Made by a program: the position numbers and the translations under genes | Source of the DNA: Lama glama | Lineage: Eukaryota | Assembly: GCA_028534125.1 (NCBI GenBank) | Contig: CM052829.1 | Location: 18,662,001 to 18,726,000, forward strand | Direction of reading: 5' to 3' | DNA: 64,000 nucleotides | Part shown: piece after piece, positions 63,380 through 64,000 of the stretch | Numbering within the stretch: position 1 is the stretch's first letter | How the letters are laid out: every line of letters starts with the position of its first letter | Notes under the pieces: model-generated | What the model was told of the DNA's origin: nothing | The model's input: only the letters and a program-made list of their open reading frames with translations | Database searches by the model: none

Positions 63380-63930
63380 TTACTCATCCATTCATTCAAC
63401 AAGTATTTACTATGGGTCAGACCTTGTGCTGGATGCCAAAGATATAATGATGATCCAGACCAGAAAAGGAGCTTCTAAACCAGTGGGGCTGTCAGACACT
63501 AGTCATGAGGTTTGTTGTAAGTGCTGTGGAAGAAACCTGAAGGAGTAAATAACAAGGGGTCCATCACTGCTTTCTGGGGGTGAAGAAGAGGTCTCTCTCA
63601 GGAGGTGATGTTTGACCTAAGACTGAAGGATAAACATGAATCAAGTAGAAAAAAGGAGGTGGGGAGAGGGAGAGTATTGTACAAGGAGGGAATAATGCAG
63701 ATGTGCTGAGGTTGGGGGATGTACAGTGTTTGGAGGGGTTGAAAGCAAGCCAGTGGGCTGGAAGGTAGATAATATAAGAGGTAGTGCAAGGTGAGGCCAG
63801 ACCATGTGGGCAGGCTGACCACACAAATCATTATTTAACTTGGCATAAATGGAGACTGTCCTTGGCAAATCAGGGCACCTGATGGCCCTACTATTGGCCA
63901 CGCTGGAGACTGATCATTGGAGAGGGAATT
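63380..63930 (-). mobile_element. L2 3' region
   Basis: 'catccattcattcaacaagtatttac...tgtgctggatgcc...ggaggtgatgtttgacctaagactgaaggataa...gccagtgggctgga'. Confidence 0.8.
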
Positions 63931-64000
63931 TGGGGGCAGGGCCTTGAAGCTGGAGGAGGCTCATGTATAACCTGTGTCTTTTCATAGTGCTTCCACATCA

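Noticed and set aside
1-64000. A novel multi-gene biological system
   Set aside because: No supported coding genes, RNA genes or unexplained arrays. The content is explained by known mammalian repeats plus one promoter island.

Overview
This window is eutherian mammal genomic DNA from a gapped draft assembly (13 N-runs). It is probably a camelid or another cetartiodactyl: there are young L1 3' tails of that type at about 35.6-36.1 kb, and I saw no Alu, B1, Bov-A/BovB, SINEC or PRE SINEs. The first ~56 kb is gene-free, AT-rich intergenic sequence made largely of ancient interspersed repeats: L1M, L2, MIR, L3, MaLR MLT1 LTRs, ERVL MLT2 LTRs, and hAT DNA transposons (MER5, MER20, MER58A, MER103 and a Zaphod-like transposase fossil). 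A few repeat-free intervals could be enhancers. A large, gap-riddled CpG island at about 56.2-59.5 kb looks like the promoter and non-coding first exon(s) of a gene transcribed on the + strand, with splice donors at 57216, 58754 and 59144 and probable intron 1 beyond ~59.5 kb. I could not identify the gene. No protein-coding exon is supported: the ORF track consists of chance ORFs, N-spanning artefacts, GC-rich ORFs and L1 ORF2 relics. I found no evidence of a novel biological system. The most notable structures are a four-layer nested transposon stack, a tiny TSD-flanked retroinsertion, and the multi-donor promoter with several kappaB-like sites and G4 motifs. Repeat subfamily names come from recalled consensus sequences, and boundaries are approximate.
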